Positions 26,505 to 39,879 of a stretch of DNA of 64,000 nucleotides are shown piece after piece; positions within the stretch are counted from its first letter, which is position 1, and every line of letters begins with the position of its first letter. Below the pieces are notes generated by a model. It was not told the origin of the DNA. It saw only the letters and a program-made list of their open reading frames with translations, and ran no database searches. The stretch covers positions 102,982,001 to 103,046,000 of the forward strand of contig NC_042999.1 of assembly GCF_006345805.1 (NCBI RefSeq), read 5' to 3'. This DNA is from Octopus sinensis (Eukaryota). The position numbers were made by a program, and so were the translations under genes.

Positions 26505-28268
26505 TATGCGCGCGTGTGTGTGTGTGTGTGTGTATGTATGCATGCATGTATGTGTGTGTGTGTGTATATACATATATGTATATATGTGTGTGTATATATG
26601 TATATATATATATATATATATCTATAAATATATATAAATAATTATATATGAATATATGTAATCATAGTTATATATGCACAGATATGTATATATATACTTT
26701 CTGTATACATATTGATGTGTGTATACACGCACACATATATTTAAATGTATATATGAAACATATACTTATATATATATATATATATACACACACATACGCA
26801 CACCCACGTATACACTTGCCTCCACACAAGCGTTCATTCACAAACACACACATACGCACATATATTTACGTTCATATTGCATATTTCTGCGTTTTACGTC
26901 TTACAAATTTTTATATTTTTTCTTGTTGTTACTTTAATTCTTTTTCCTTTCAAAGATGCTTATAAAACATTGTAAAGATTCTTTGATAAAACAAAAATGG
27001 TTTGCATCGGTGATGAGAAAATTGTAAGAGATAATGGAAACAAAACGTCGGAGAATAATAGGCTTCTAAGAATATTAAAAATTGTTGGTTGGCAAAAAAA
27101 GTTTCATGTCTTCATTTCATTGGAGCTAAATTTTCAAAGATATTTTTAGATTTATCAAATGGAGATTGCTTATTACAGTAAAGAAACTTTTTAAAAAATG
27201 CATTTAATTTTTATAATACACAAGTCTGATCATAATTCTGAAGCAGAAATCGAAATAGAGATTTTCATTAAGCACATCTGCTTATTCAAAATCTGATGCA
27301 ATGTTTTTTTTTGCTGTCGTTTTACTTTATACTCGCTAAAAATATATCTAAAAGTCCTGAGATGATTGTGAAAGTCTAGTCTTTCTATATTATGCGTTTT
27401 AGCTTAATTGCTCATAAAACATATCAATACATATACATATGCATGCTTGCGCATACCATATGCATGTACGAATTTGTGAATGTGTATATGCATGTAAATA
27501 TATCGGCATAAATGCATTCTTGTATACATGTGAGCTTGTGTGTATGCATATTAAAGTAAATTATCAAAGTTTATTTTCAGCAGTCATCTGCCATGTGGTA
27601 AAGTTATAAATGAAAAATGCAAAACACAGAGAGAGTTGTCTTATGCTTTTTAAAATATATTTCCCAACCACATCCCCATAAATTCTAACACGGTCTCAAG
27701 GAATTCTTTTCGCTTTAGTTGTAGGGATTACTTGCAGCCAATGAGTCAATGTGTTGCATGATTCTTTCTTATTTATAACTCTCTTTTTTTGCGCCTGTGT
27801 TGATAACATTAAAAATTAAATGTTTTCAGTGCTGGTCTGTAATCATTATATATATTGTTGTGTAGCCCATGGTTAGGTTTAATCGAACAGACCCATATTT
27901 CCGTATTTTCAAACAAGGTTTCATTGTCTCAGACTAGATTACAAGATGACCTTCGTTTTTACTGAAAACAGTGGTGTGTGATTTGATCTGTTTAGTATTT
28001 TTAGTTAGCCGATTAACCATGCTGATACGCCATTCCTTTCTTAAGATGGTAGAGTTTGATTTGATGAAGCTTTGGCTGTTAATATTAGTAAATCGAGCGC
28101 TCTTGATATAAACCCCTGATCAGTAGTCTACAAACGCACCTGAGTAGCTTTGACTTAGTTGAGTTCAAACCAGTATTTGACTTTTATAACGACACATAGC
28201 TTTAGCTCGTTTCCTGCGATTCTAAGAAGTAAAAGTGTGTAAATGTACACTGTACACACACACACACA

Positions 28269-28334
<66 letters not shown>

Positions 28335-29493
28335 CGCGTGTGTGTGTTTGCTAGTATCTGTTTTCCATTTAGTTTTTGCTTACTTATACACATCAACAAA
28401 TGAGCCAATGAGGTACTCTCTGTGTAGTTGTTCAATTTGCTAGAAATAACAATCAAATCTCCTCCATACTATGCTCTTGGTAGTATTAAGGTAAAAGAAA
28501 ATGTTTACTTCTCTCCATCATTACGATTAAAATTAATATTTTTGATTTTATTCGGCTCTATGAATTTAATTTTTTTTTAAATGCTTCTGTCTATTGCCTG
28601 ATACAGGAAATTGGAAATTTCTGACAAAAACAGAGAAATTCTAACTTAACAAAGAATATAGAAAGAGAAAGAAATGCTCTGTTTTTCGAAGCCAAAAGAT
28701 GTGTTTTCAGCTGGGATGTAATTTTATAATTAAAACAAATTCAAAATTTAAATTTCAGAACATACGACTTAACAGGTTATCTGCTATATAGCCGCAGTTC
28801 AAATGGGTACAAAATCTAAAACAAATGTGTGTGGTTGGGTCTTTAACAACCAGAGGTCAATTTCAGTTCAATCGCAGAAAGGAATTCAAAACACACGCAA
28901 TCATATACATACAAACATACGCATACGTACACACACTTGCACAAATACTTACCTATCAGCCACTCCCAAAAGCCAGTTTGATCCAAAATTCTGACCACCA
29001 TTGTTTATGTATTTGCACACACCTCCCCTACACACATGCACCCATATACACATTTGCTTGGTGTCGTAAACGTGGAAAAAGTGCTTTTCAAGTTTTTGAA
29101 ATTTTGAAAGAAAAAGGCATGTTCTTTTTAAACTGATTGTCGGAGAGATGTGAAAATATGGCTACTACTTGTTAATTTCAAATTAAACTTACCAAAGATG
29201 AGGGTCTTCCAGCGCCCCCTAGCGCCCCTTTGCCCCAAAATGCCACCCCATCTCGAGCTCCAAATGGCCCCGGGGGGTAGTATATATCCTCCGTTCAGAA
29301 CCTTTGGTGCATACCAATTACATATTTTGGATACTAAGGCATTAAGGAAAGCATCGTTTGCTGACGTTATGCATACTTCCAGTACATTTATCAAGATCTA
29401 CTTGGGGATATTTTTGGTAGTGTGTCCTGTGTGATACATTTTAATAAATACTTACAATTAAATGTGCGGGATATGTGTGCAGACGTAAGTACA

Positions 29494-30010
<517 letters not shown>

Positions 30011-30283
30011 TGCTTGTGTAAGATGAAAGTCATCAAATGGGAGTGATGATACTGTTAATAATTTTAAGTATTATTGATGCAACGGCCAAATTAGAAGAAA
30101 GCGTGAGAGAATAATTATCTAGAGAGCAAAAGATAAGCTAAAAATGGGAAACTTTGAAAAGGTGAGAAGGCAAAAATAGACGGAAATAACAAACACAGTG
30201 CCAAACAGTACATAGATAATTGCCTCATATCGTACGCACATATAATATACGGTGATTACTCACACTCATACCTACGTAGCTCT

Positions 30284-30694
30284 TACTCTTTTACTCTTTT
30301 ACTTGTTTCAGTCATTTGACTGCGACCATGCTGGAGCACCGCCTTTAATCGAGCAACTCGACCCCGGGACTTATACTTTGGTGAGCCCAGTACTTATTCT
30401 ATCGGTCTCTTTTGCCGAACCGCTAAGTAACGGGGACATAAACACACCAGCATCGGTTGTCAAGCAATGCTAGGGGGACAAACACAGACACACAAACATA
30501 CACGCACACACACATATATATACATATATACGACAGGCTTCTTTCATTTTTCCGTCTACCAAATCCACTCACAAGGCATTGCTTGGCCCGGGGCTATAGC
30601 AGAAGACACTTGCCCAAGTGCCCCGCAATGGGACTGAACCCGGAATCTTGAGGTTGGTTAGCAAGCTACTTACCACACAGCCACTCCTGCGCCT
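30284..30694 (-). mobile_element. SINE family A, full length
   Basis: Complete head and tail. Confidence 0.93.
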
Positions 30695-30714
30695 ATAGGT
30701 ATGCATTATATATC

Positions 30715-31367
<653 letters not shown>

Positions 31368-31390
31368 ATATATATATATATATATGTATG

Positions 31391-31437
<47 letters not shown>

Positions 31438-31688
31438 GAAGCTGAACGAAGATTGAACAGAAATCGTTTTATTTCATTCTACACGTGTTTCGAAAGGCAC
31501 AATTTACCAAAATCCGATTGAATAATGAGACCATATTGTGTCTTTCTCTTCAGGAAGAAATAGGAAATCCGTTGGAAAAAACAAAAACAGAACAGAGGCG
31601 GAGCAAAACAAATCGAACTAGGCTCCTAAGAGCCCATGGCAAAACTGTCTATCAGTGTATGTTGAGAACCGGTGGTTGAAGATTTTAA

Positions 31689-32290
31689 CGCTTAATATTT
31701 CTTGCCTTTCTTTTGGAGTGAGTTTCTCTGTATAAGAATGTTGGAATGGTTAAGTTTGGGCTTGTATTTTTCAATGAAGAATGTTTCCTTGTTTAGTCTA
31801 ATTTGTGCTGGTGTTCCGATAGCACATTGGTAAAATGGAAAGATTAAAAAAGCAACTACTACCACAATTTTTAATCTTTCCATTTTACCAATGTGCTATC
31901 GGAACACCAACACAAATTAGACTAAACAAGGAAACATTCTTCATTGAAAAATACAAGCCCAAACTTAACCATTCCAACATTCTTATACAGAGAAACTCAC
32001 TCCAAAAGAAAGGCAAGAAATGTTAAGCGATTATCTCCCTTACACCGGAAGAAATCACTTATTACCTCCCCTTATCTGGAACTCTCTTTCACTCTCCTTC
32101 AAACTCTCAACGTAAACATAACGATGTAAGAAATTTGAAAAGCTGAACGCGAAACCGGTCTTTCTTCAAAAACTATGTCATTTTATGAAAAAAAATTATA
32201 ACATTCTTCAGACATAATGACTCAAATATATATTTTTTAACCTTCTAAAACAAGCCTTCTGTAGTTTTTTCACTTTTTACTATTTTCTCT
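31689..32290 (+). mobile_element. Penelope-like element 3' end (GIY-YIG C-terminus plus pLTR) with 5' fold-back
   Basis: FLIFPFYQC...RLNKETFFIEKYKPKLN, same family as 38501-38996. 31689-31850 is the inverted copy of 31868-32029. Confidence 0.88.
32128..32166 (+). ncRNA. Hammerhead-like motif with U3-A8 core variant
   Basis: AAGAAA-U-UUGAAAA-GC UGAAC GC-GAA-ACCGGU-C-UUUCUU: 6-bp stem I, palindromic stem III, GUC site. Confidence 0.55.
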
Positions 32291-32324
32291 ATATATATAT
32301 ATGCGTGTGTGTGTGTGTTTGTGT

Positions 32325-32530
32325 GCCTGTGTTTGTCCCCCAGCATCGCTTGACAATGGATGCTGGTGTGTCTACGTCCCCGTAACATAGCGGTTCGGCA
32401 AAAGATACCGATAGAATAAGTACTAGGCTTACAAAGAATAAGTCCTGGTGTCGATTTGGTCGACTAAAGACGGTGGTCCAGCATGGCCGCAGTCAAATGA
32501 CTGAAACAAGTAAAAGAGTAAAGAGAGTAT
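32325..32530 (+). mobile_element. SINE family A, 3' half
   Basis: Family tail signature. Confidence 0.9.
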
Positions 32531-32606
32531 ACACACACACACATACACACACACAAACACACACAGACACACACACAGACACACACATATATATATAAGG
32601 CATAAG

Positions 32607-32609
<3 letters not shown>

Positions 32610-32680
<71 letters not shown>

Positions 32681-32716
32681 TAATAATAATATAATAATAA
32701 TAATAATAATAATATG
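32610..32716. repeat. (ATA)n microsatellite
   Basis: Directly visible. Confidence 0.97.
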
Positions 32717-33281
32717 CTACGCGCGTTTCCACTAATCACCTGATTTGGGGAAACGCGCATAGCGATGTATTAAATAGAATTATTGTTCTTATTTTATTTA
32801 TCCAACATTATATCGGTATAACCATGATGCAACCCCGAAAAACTGACACAGTAGTCAGTATCATTAGACGGAAGCCGGCTTAATGTAATAAGAGCTTTAA
32901 TTGCACACCTTTAACGTTATCATAAACGAATTCAAAAGATATATATACGTATGTATAAAATTATACAGAAAGAGAACCACTAAGTGGTCTCCTTACACGC
33001 TGAAAAGATATGTCAAATACCCAGCCCAACCCCGTTTCTTCGTGGGTTGGGAATTTGACATCTCTTTTCAGCATGTAAGGAAACCACGTAGTGGTACCTC
33101 TTTATGTGTATAATTTTATACACCAGTATATATTTTAAAGATAATTATGGACAACGGACATCTTTTGCGCATGGTGGCCACTTGTATAAATTATTTTTAA
33201 TGTTTTACCCTTCATATATACATATACATACTTATATATTGGTATGTATTATATATCTTCTATATGTACGAGATGAGGAAT

Positions 33282-33346
<65 letters not shown>

Positions 33347-33353
33347 GTATATA

Positions 33354-33415
<62 letters not shown>

Positions 33416-33673
33416 ATATATATATATATTATATATATATTTATAATAGGATTAGCTCGTATACGAGTAGGTATATATTTGTAAAAAATGAAGTTCGAAA
33501 ATGCTGCTATATTATACAATTTTTAATTTTTATATATTATATATATATTGTTATATTTCGGAATGGTCATATTGCCAGTTTAGCCATATATATATATATT
33601 GTATATAGATATATAACACATTATTTGCATTATTTACAAATGACGGATATTTGTCCTAATTGTGGTTGTTGTT

Positions 33674-33719
33674 AACACAACGTTTCGGCTGATATACCCT
33701 CCACCCTTTATCAGGTGTC
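33674..33719 (-). ncRNA. Decayed minimal hammerhead
   Basis: GACAC-CUGAUAA-A-GGGUG GAGGGUAUAU CAGCC-GAA-ACGU-U-GUGUU; G8 changed to A and stem II mismatched. Confidence 0.6.
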
Positions 33720-33948
33720 TTGGGGATAATTTACATGCTGAAAAGAAAAGATATGTCAAATTCCCAACCCACGAAGAAACGGGGTTGGTTTGGGTATTTG
33801 ACATATCTTTTCAGCATGTAAGGAGACCATTTAATGGTTCTCTTTTATACACGCGTATATATATCTTTTAAGTTCGTTTATGGTAACGTTAAAGGTATGC
33901 AATTAAAGCTACCTTCGGAATGAGAACCCAGTTTCGAAATTTCCCCAA

Positions 33949-33993
33949 GACACCTGATGAAGACTGGAGGGTATATCAGCCGAAACGTGTGTT
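33949..33993 (+). ncRNA. Decayed minimal hammerhead
   Basis: GACAC-CUGAUGA-A-GACUG GAGGGUAUAU CAGCC-GAA-ACGU-GUGUU; core intact, H17 deleted, one stem II mismatch. Confidence 0.65.
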
Positions 33994-34132
33994 AACAACA
34001 AACAAGATGAGGACAAATATCCGTCGAATGTAAATAATGTATTATATATCTACATGCAATTTATATATATACATATATAATACATGTGTTTTAGGTGTAT
34101 ATATACATACATATATGTATATATATATATAT

Positions 34133-34556
34133 ACTCTTTTACTCTTTTACTCTTTTACTTGTTTCAGTCATTTGACTGCGGCCATGCTGGGGCACCGCCT
34201 TTAGTCGAGCAAATCGACCCCGGGACTTATTCTTTGTAAGCCCAGTACTTATTCTATCGGTCTCTTTTGCCGAACCGTTAAGTGACGGGGGCGTAAACAC
34301 ACCAGCATCGGTTGTCAAGCAATGCTAGGGGGACAAACACAGACACACAAACATATACACACACACTTATATATATATATATATATACATATATACGACA
34401 GGCTTCTTTCAGTTTCCGTCTACCAAATCCACTCACAAGGCATTGGTCGGCCCGGGGCTATAGCAGAAGACACTTGCCGAAGATGTCACGCAGTGGGACT
34501 GAACCCGGAACCATGTGGTTGGTTAGCAAGCTACTTACCACACAGCCACTCCTGCG

Positions 34557-34559
<3 letters not shown>
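34133..34559 (-). mobile_element. SINE family A, full length, little diverged
   Basis: Complete head, body and (AAAAGAGT)n tail. Confidence 0.95.
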
Positions 34560-34638
<79 letters not shown>

Positions 34639-34641
34639 ATT

Positions 34642-34720
34642 AGGGCTTAGTAAAATAAATTACTTTGCCACATACTGAACTTAGTAGAAATAGCAGCCAA
34701 AAAAAATTTTCTTAGCATTT
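34642..34720. repeat. Fragment of the 554-bp array family
   Basis: agggcttagtaaaataaattactttgccacatactgaac is identical to the array unit. Confidence 0.85.
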
Positions 34721-34737
34721 CTCCAATTACAGATAAT

Positions 34738-34930
34738 TGGTTTCAAATTTTGTCACTAGGCCAATAATTTCTTGGGAGTGGTTAAGTAGATCACACGGAC
34801 TAAAATGCTTAACTAGTACTTATTATATCGGCCCCGAAAGGATGAAAGCAAAATCGACCTCGGCGGAATTTGATCTCAGAACGTAATGAGGGAGTTAAAT
34901 GCTGCTCACTATTCTGTCAGTTCATCGCCC
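34738..34930 (-). mobile_element. SINE family B variant (diverged)
   Basis: ccccgaaaggatgaaag.caaa.tcgacctcggcggaatttga core. Confidence 0.8.
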
Positions 34931-36846
34931 TGATCCAAGTACAAAATATTATTCCAAAATACGTGAATCTAAATTTCTATCAAAATTCATTAAAGTAAAT
35001 CGGAACGTCCAATAATTGATAACATTTGGGATTGCTATATAATTTAACCTTCCACTTTTGTCGACATATTTTTGTATCATTTGTGCACTTTCTCAAATCC
35101 CTTACAACAAAATGAATCCAATGAATCCAATGATGGCAAACCAGCGAACCATAGCTTAGACTGTTCTGCTGTCGCAGAAATGGATTTTTATATCATGTTC
35201 GTTTTCTTCTCAGGTGAAAGAGGGATTGTTTTTTCTAATTACATGAAAAGTCAAATAATTTCCATTTACGCACAGACACCCGAATACATTCAGAAAAAGG
35301 TTTAACTTTTAATACCATTAATCAGTAGCATCTTAGAGCCCCCACCGGTAAAATCAATGTACTGGACACTATAGTACTTACCTATTAGCAACAAGCCATG
35401 GCATACATAGATTAGCATTGGACCTTTTGACTTGTGGAACCCCAGAAAATTGTTTATGGTGTCCATGCATTAAAACTGCAATGTCTTTAAATACATAAAT
35501 GTCACATCCAAATCTGACGTCAAGCGTCGCCAATTTCTCTAAGTTTCACATTAACTAAATATGCTGTATATTCTACTAAATAATTACGAATGAATTATAC
35601 ATAAATTATAGTTTACAATTCATATTTACTTGACTTTGTTGATAATAGATGAGATGATATATATATTCAGATAACTAAAAGCAACAAGCAAATTTATGCA
35701 TGATTAGGATCTAGATACATATAAAACAGATGAAACATCAACTAATGAAAGTGCTTGTGAGATTTAGAATTATTAATGTAACAGCAACAATAAGAGACGT
35801 GAGAAAATAATTATCTAAGTTAAGAAGCGCTAAAAATGAAACTGAAAGGAATGAGAAAGAGCTAGTACCGACACAAATTCGAATATAGTCAATATTTATA
35901 TTTACACATCCTTACTTCTTTAGTAAAACTGATATGCTTTAGAAATAATTAAGCAAGTGCGTGTGTGGTTATGTGTATATCTCTGACACACATATACATA
36001 CAAATAGACATTTAAAAAGAGGCTACAGTAATGTGAACGTAGTCAATCCTCTTAATAGGAAAAAATATTAGTGGATTGTTCCCGCCAAGACATCAATAAA
36101 ATACCTGCATAATAGACCAGACGTTGTTCTGGGACAGAGAAAAGAAATGCACAGATTCACATATATAATGACATACATGACTGTTTTCATAGATATTAGT
36201 GCACACATGTATATGCAAGCTTACTTACGTGCTTACATACATACATACATACAAACATACATACATACATACATACGTACATACATACATAAAATAAAAC
36301 ATACAAATCTGCATATATACATTCATAAGTATATACAAAAATACCCTGTTGTTGATGTTGAAATTCCAATGAAAGAGCCTTGGATCTAGGATAGGAACCA
36401 GCTCTTTTTCTATTGGCAAAAATTCTTGAAATAAAACTGCACAATGACATAGACACAACATACAACATACACATACAAATGGAAAGATGCGGTAACCAGA
36501 GAGTTTCGTTTAAGCGTTAACCAGTCACTTTTAATTAATCATTTCTAATGTCAGCAAATGAACTAAAGTCGACAGCCAATAACAAATTTTGTGTGAATGT
36601 AAACTATTAAAACAGTTTATGTAATTGACAAGCCAATTACAGCAAACATGATTTATAATTAATTAAGTTAATAGAGTCCAGTGGTAGTAATAATAATATA
36701 ACAACGACAATTGAACAGATAATTCAGTTTAGTTTTTAATATACTTTAAACAAAAATAAGCTAAAAGAATGGATATGAACAATAGAGAAAAACAGATATA
36801 TCAAATACTACGCAATATAAATTTTTGGTTTATTAAAATCATATCA

Positions 36847-37168
36847 AATCATAGGTAGCGGGACACCGAAAGGGGTCTCACGGATAGTGTCCCTGCCTTC
36901 CTGGGCTAGTTTTCTACCAAATTTCTTAGAAATCGTGGTAGAGGCCTTGGTCTCGGAACCACTCATCTCTAGAAACTGAAGTGGAGGTAAGCAAAGGCAT
37001 ACTTCCCGTAGAAAATCCAGCTCCAAAAAAGCCTCATGATAGCAAAGGAGAATGGGCACCAGCAAGCCCAAAAGTTGGGGTGGGCTGCACCTGCCTCCCT
37101 CGGTTATTATGGCATTGAGATAGATCCGGCCACCACCGTTAACGGTAACAAAACCCAGATTTAAAACA

Positions 37169-37216
<48 letters not shown>
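36847..37216 (+). mobile_element. Short RTE-related non-autonomous element with (GAT)n tail
   Basis: RTE 5'UTR-like gtaagcaaaggcatac..gtagaaaatccagctcc, ending in aaaacactg(gat)n. Confidence 0.55.
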
Positions 37217-37383
37217 ATCCGCCGTTAGGGGATGTGTAACAATTATCGCATTATTTGATATATATGTATTTACCTATGTTATTCATACATACGCTACTGG
37301 TCATCTCCCTTCGACCAATTTTGTCTAAAATGTGCAAATATACATACACACATAGATGTATGTATTATGTATGTATGTTTATA

Positions 37384-37429
<46 letters not shown>

Positions 37430-37432
<3 letters not shown>

Positions 37433-38992
37433 AATAGTGAAGAGTGAAAAAACTACAGAAGGCTTAAATGTTAAAAAATATATATATTTGCGTCAATATG
37501 TCTGAAGAATATTAGAAAATTAAAAAAATAATTTTTTTCTCTTATAATGACATAATCAATCTTTGGAAACCCCCTCTCTCAATACATAAAAGAGAATTGG
37601 AAACGATTCTTAGACGATTGTTTTATTCTCTGGAATGAAAACACAGATAAACTCCTAAAATTTAAAAACCTATTGAACAGCATAAACCCAAATATACAGT
37701 TCACAATGGAATACAACCAAAAGGAGCTCCCGTTCTTGGATATACTAATTAAAAAAATTAACCTTAAAATAGAAACAGACATTTTTTACAAAGCCACAGA
37801 CGCCAAACAATACCTTCTTTTTAATTTATGCCACCCAAGACACACTAAAACAAACACCCCCTTCAACCTTGCAAGAAGGATATGCACAATAGTGTCAGAA
37901 CAAAATACCAGGAACTTTAGACTGCAAGAACTCAAAAACACCCTAATTGACAGACATTACCCAGCTCAACTCATAGAGGATGGGATCAGACGTGCAACAG
38001 AAATCAACATAGAAACTTTAAGAAAAGTTCAACACAACAACACACCTTCCCCGAAAATACTACCTTACATATCTACATACAACCCCAGAAACAAAGAAGC
38101 CTTCACCATCATCACCCAGAATTTACCAATACTTCATAAAGACCCCAAACTAAAGGAAATTCTAAACATACACCAAATCATTAAAAGCTACGAACAGCCT
38201 AAATCACTTAAAAAGATTCTCACAAAGGCAAAATTGTCTTCTGAAATTACGGATGCAATAGTAAAAAAATGTGGTAGATCGAACTGTGCAACATGTCCTA
38301 ACCTGCTAGAAGGATCAGAATTCCTCTTTAAAGAGGGACAGAAATTCAAGATCAAATCTAACTTTACTTGTGCCTCTGAAAACATAGTTTATGTCATAAA
38401 ATGCTCGGGCTGCCACCAAGACTACGTGGGTTCCACGGGACTATCACTCAGCCGTTGATGCACACTGCATCGACAACAGATTGCATTCCCAGAATATAGA
38501 ATGATACCTTTTAGTGAGCACATTGAGACATGCGCAAAGCAACTACTACCACAATCTTTAATCTTTCCATTTTACCAATGTGCTTTCGGATCATCAACAC
38601 AAATTAGACTAAACAAGGAAACATTCTTCATTGAAAAGTACAAGCCCAGACTCAACCATCCGAACATACTGATACAGAGAAATTCACACCAAGGGAAAGG
38701 AAAAAATGTTTAAGCGATTATCTCCCTTACACCGGAAGAAATCACTCACTACATTCCCTTATTTAGAACTCTCCTGAACATAAACATAACGATAACTCTA
38801 TTCAACATAAACATAACGTCGCAAGAAATTTGAAAAGCTACACGCGAAACCGGTCTTTCTTTTAAATTATGTCATAATAAGAGAAAAAAATTTAAAAAAA
38901 AGTTTTCTAATATTCTTCAGACATATTGACGCAAATATATATATTTTTTAACATTTAAGCCTTCTGTAGTTTTTTCACTCTTTACTATTTTC
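37430..38992 (+). mobile_element. 5'-truncated Penelope-like retroelement (RT thumb, Cys linker, GIY-YIG) with inverted pLTR termini
   Basis: ORF 37673-38458: NIQFTME..ELPFLD, YK.TD..QYL.F..CHP, C...C..C, VYVIKC.GC...YVGSTG. 37430-37556 is the reverse complement of 38866-38992. Confidence 0.95.
38823..38861 (+). ncRNA. Hammerhead-like motif with U3-A8 core variant
   Basis: AAGAAA-U-UUGAAAA-GC UACAC GC-GAA-ACCGGU-C-UUUCUU; same fold as 32128, with a different stem II loop. Confidence 0.55.
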
Positions 38993-39029
38993 TATATATT
39001 CACCCACGTGCTTTCACAAACCAACTTTC

Positions 39030-39093
<64 letters not shown>

Positions 39094-39344
39094 ATACATA
39101 TACATATCTGTGTGTATGTTTGTTCGCGCGTGCGTTTTGATAATAGGTAAAACTATTTGGTTTAATAGACGTTAAGGTGAATGAAATTTGAAGTTTTCAG
39201 TCAACTTTTACATGTTTAACACACGCACACAAACACACCTACACACATACACACACACATACTAGTAAGTTTCTCAGAATCCTGTCTTTTCATTTTCTGT
39301 TGCCAAAGTAAGACGGCCTTGTACATTTTAATATTGGTTTATAA

Positions 39345-39547
39345 TTTTGGCGTAAGGTCAGAAATTTTGGAGGAGGGGTAAATCGATTACGTCAACTCTA
39401 ATGTTCATCTGGTAATTACTTCATCGGTCCAGACAGGGTGAAAAGCAATGTCGACCTCGGCGGAATTTGAACTCAGACCGTAAACGGACGAAATGCCGCT
39501 GAGCTTTTCGCCCGGCGTGCTACCAATTATGCCAGCTGGTCGCCTTG
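39345..39547 (-). mobile_element. SINE family B variant (old)
   Basis: gtcgacctcggcggaatttgaactc core with many substitutions. Confidence 0.8.
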
Positions 39548-39642
39548 CTATATTTTAATATTAGTGTATTTAATATTATTCTTGTAACTGTTTTGTTTCT
39601 GTGGTTGAATAGATATGTGTTTGTGCTTTGCCAGGAATTAGT

Positions 39643-39875
39643 TATTTCTTTACTACCTACAAGGGGCTAAACACAGAGGGGACAAACAAGGACAGATAAA
39701 CGGATTAAGACGATTATATCGACCCCAGTGCGTAACTGGTACTTAATTTATCGACCCCGAAAGGATGAAAGGCAAAGTCGACCTCGGCGGCATTTGAACC
39801 CAGAACGTAACTGCAGACGAAATACGGCTACGCATTTCGCCCGGCGTGCTACCAGTTGTGCTCGCTGACCGCCTT
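39643..39875 (-). mobile_element. SINE family B, full length
   Basis: Reverse complement of the copy at 51243-51475. Confidence 0.93.
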
Positions 39876-39879
39876 TGTG

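Larger units (their letters stand above)
32887..34045. mobile_element. Rearranged pLTR-like element with nested inverted repeats
   Basis: 32887-33080 is inverted at 33731-33910; 33628-33732 is inverted at 33937-34041; two HHR relics. Confidence 0.7.

Noticed and set aside
27084-27130. Mariner-like TIR ttggttggcaaaaaaag
   Set aside because: Isolated end with no transposase or partner TIR.
34642-34930. SINE B carrying a 3' tail derived from the 554-bp array family (PLE-mobilised SINE)
   Set aside because: The same SINE variant at 39345 lacks this tail, so adjacency of two insertions is more likely.
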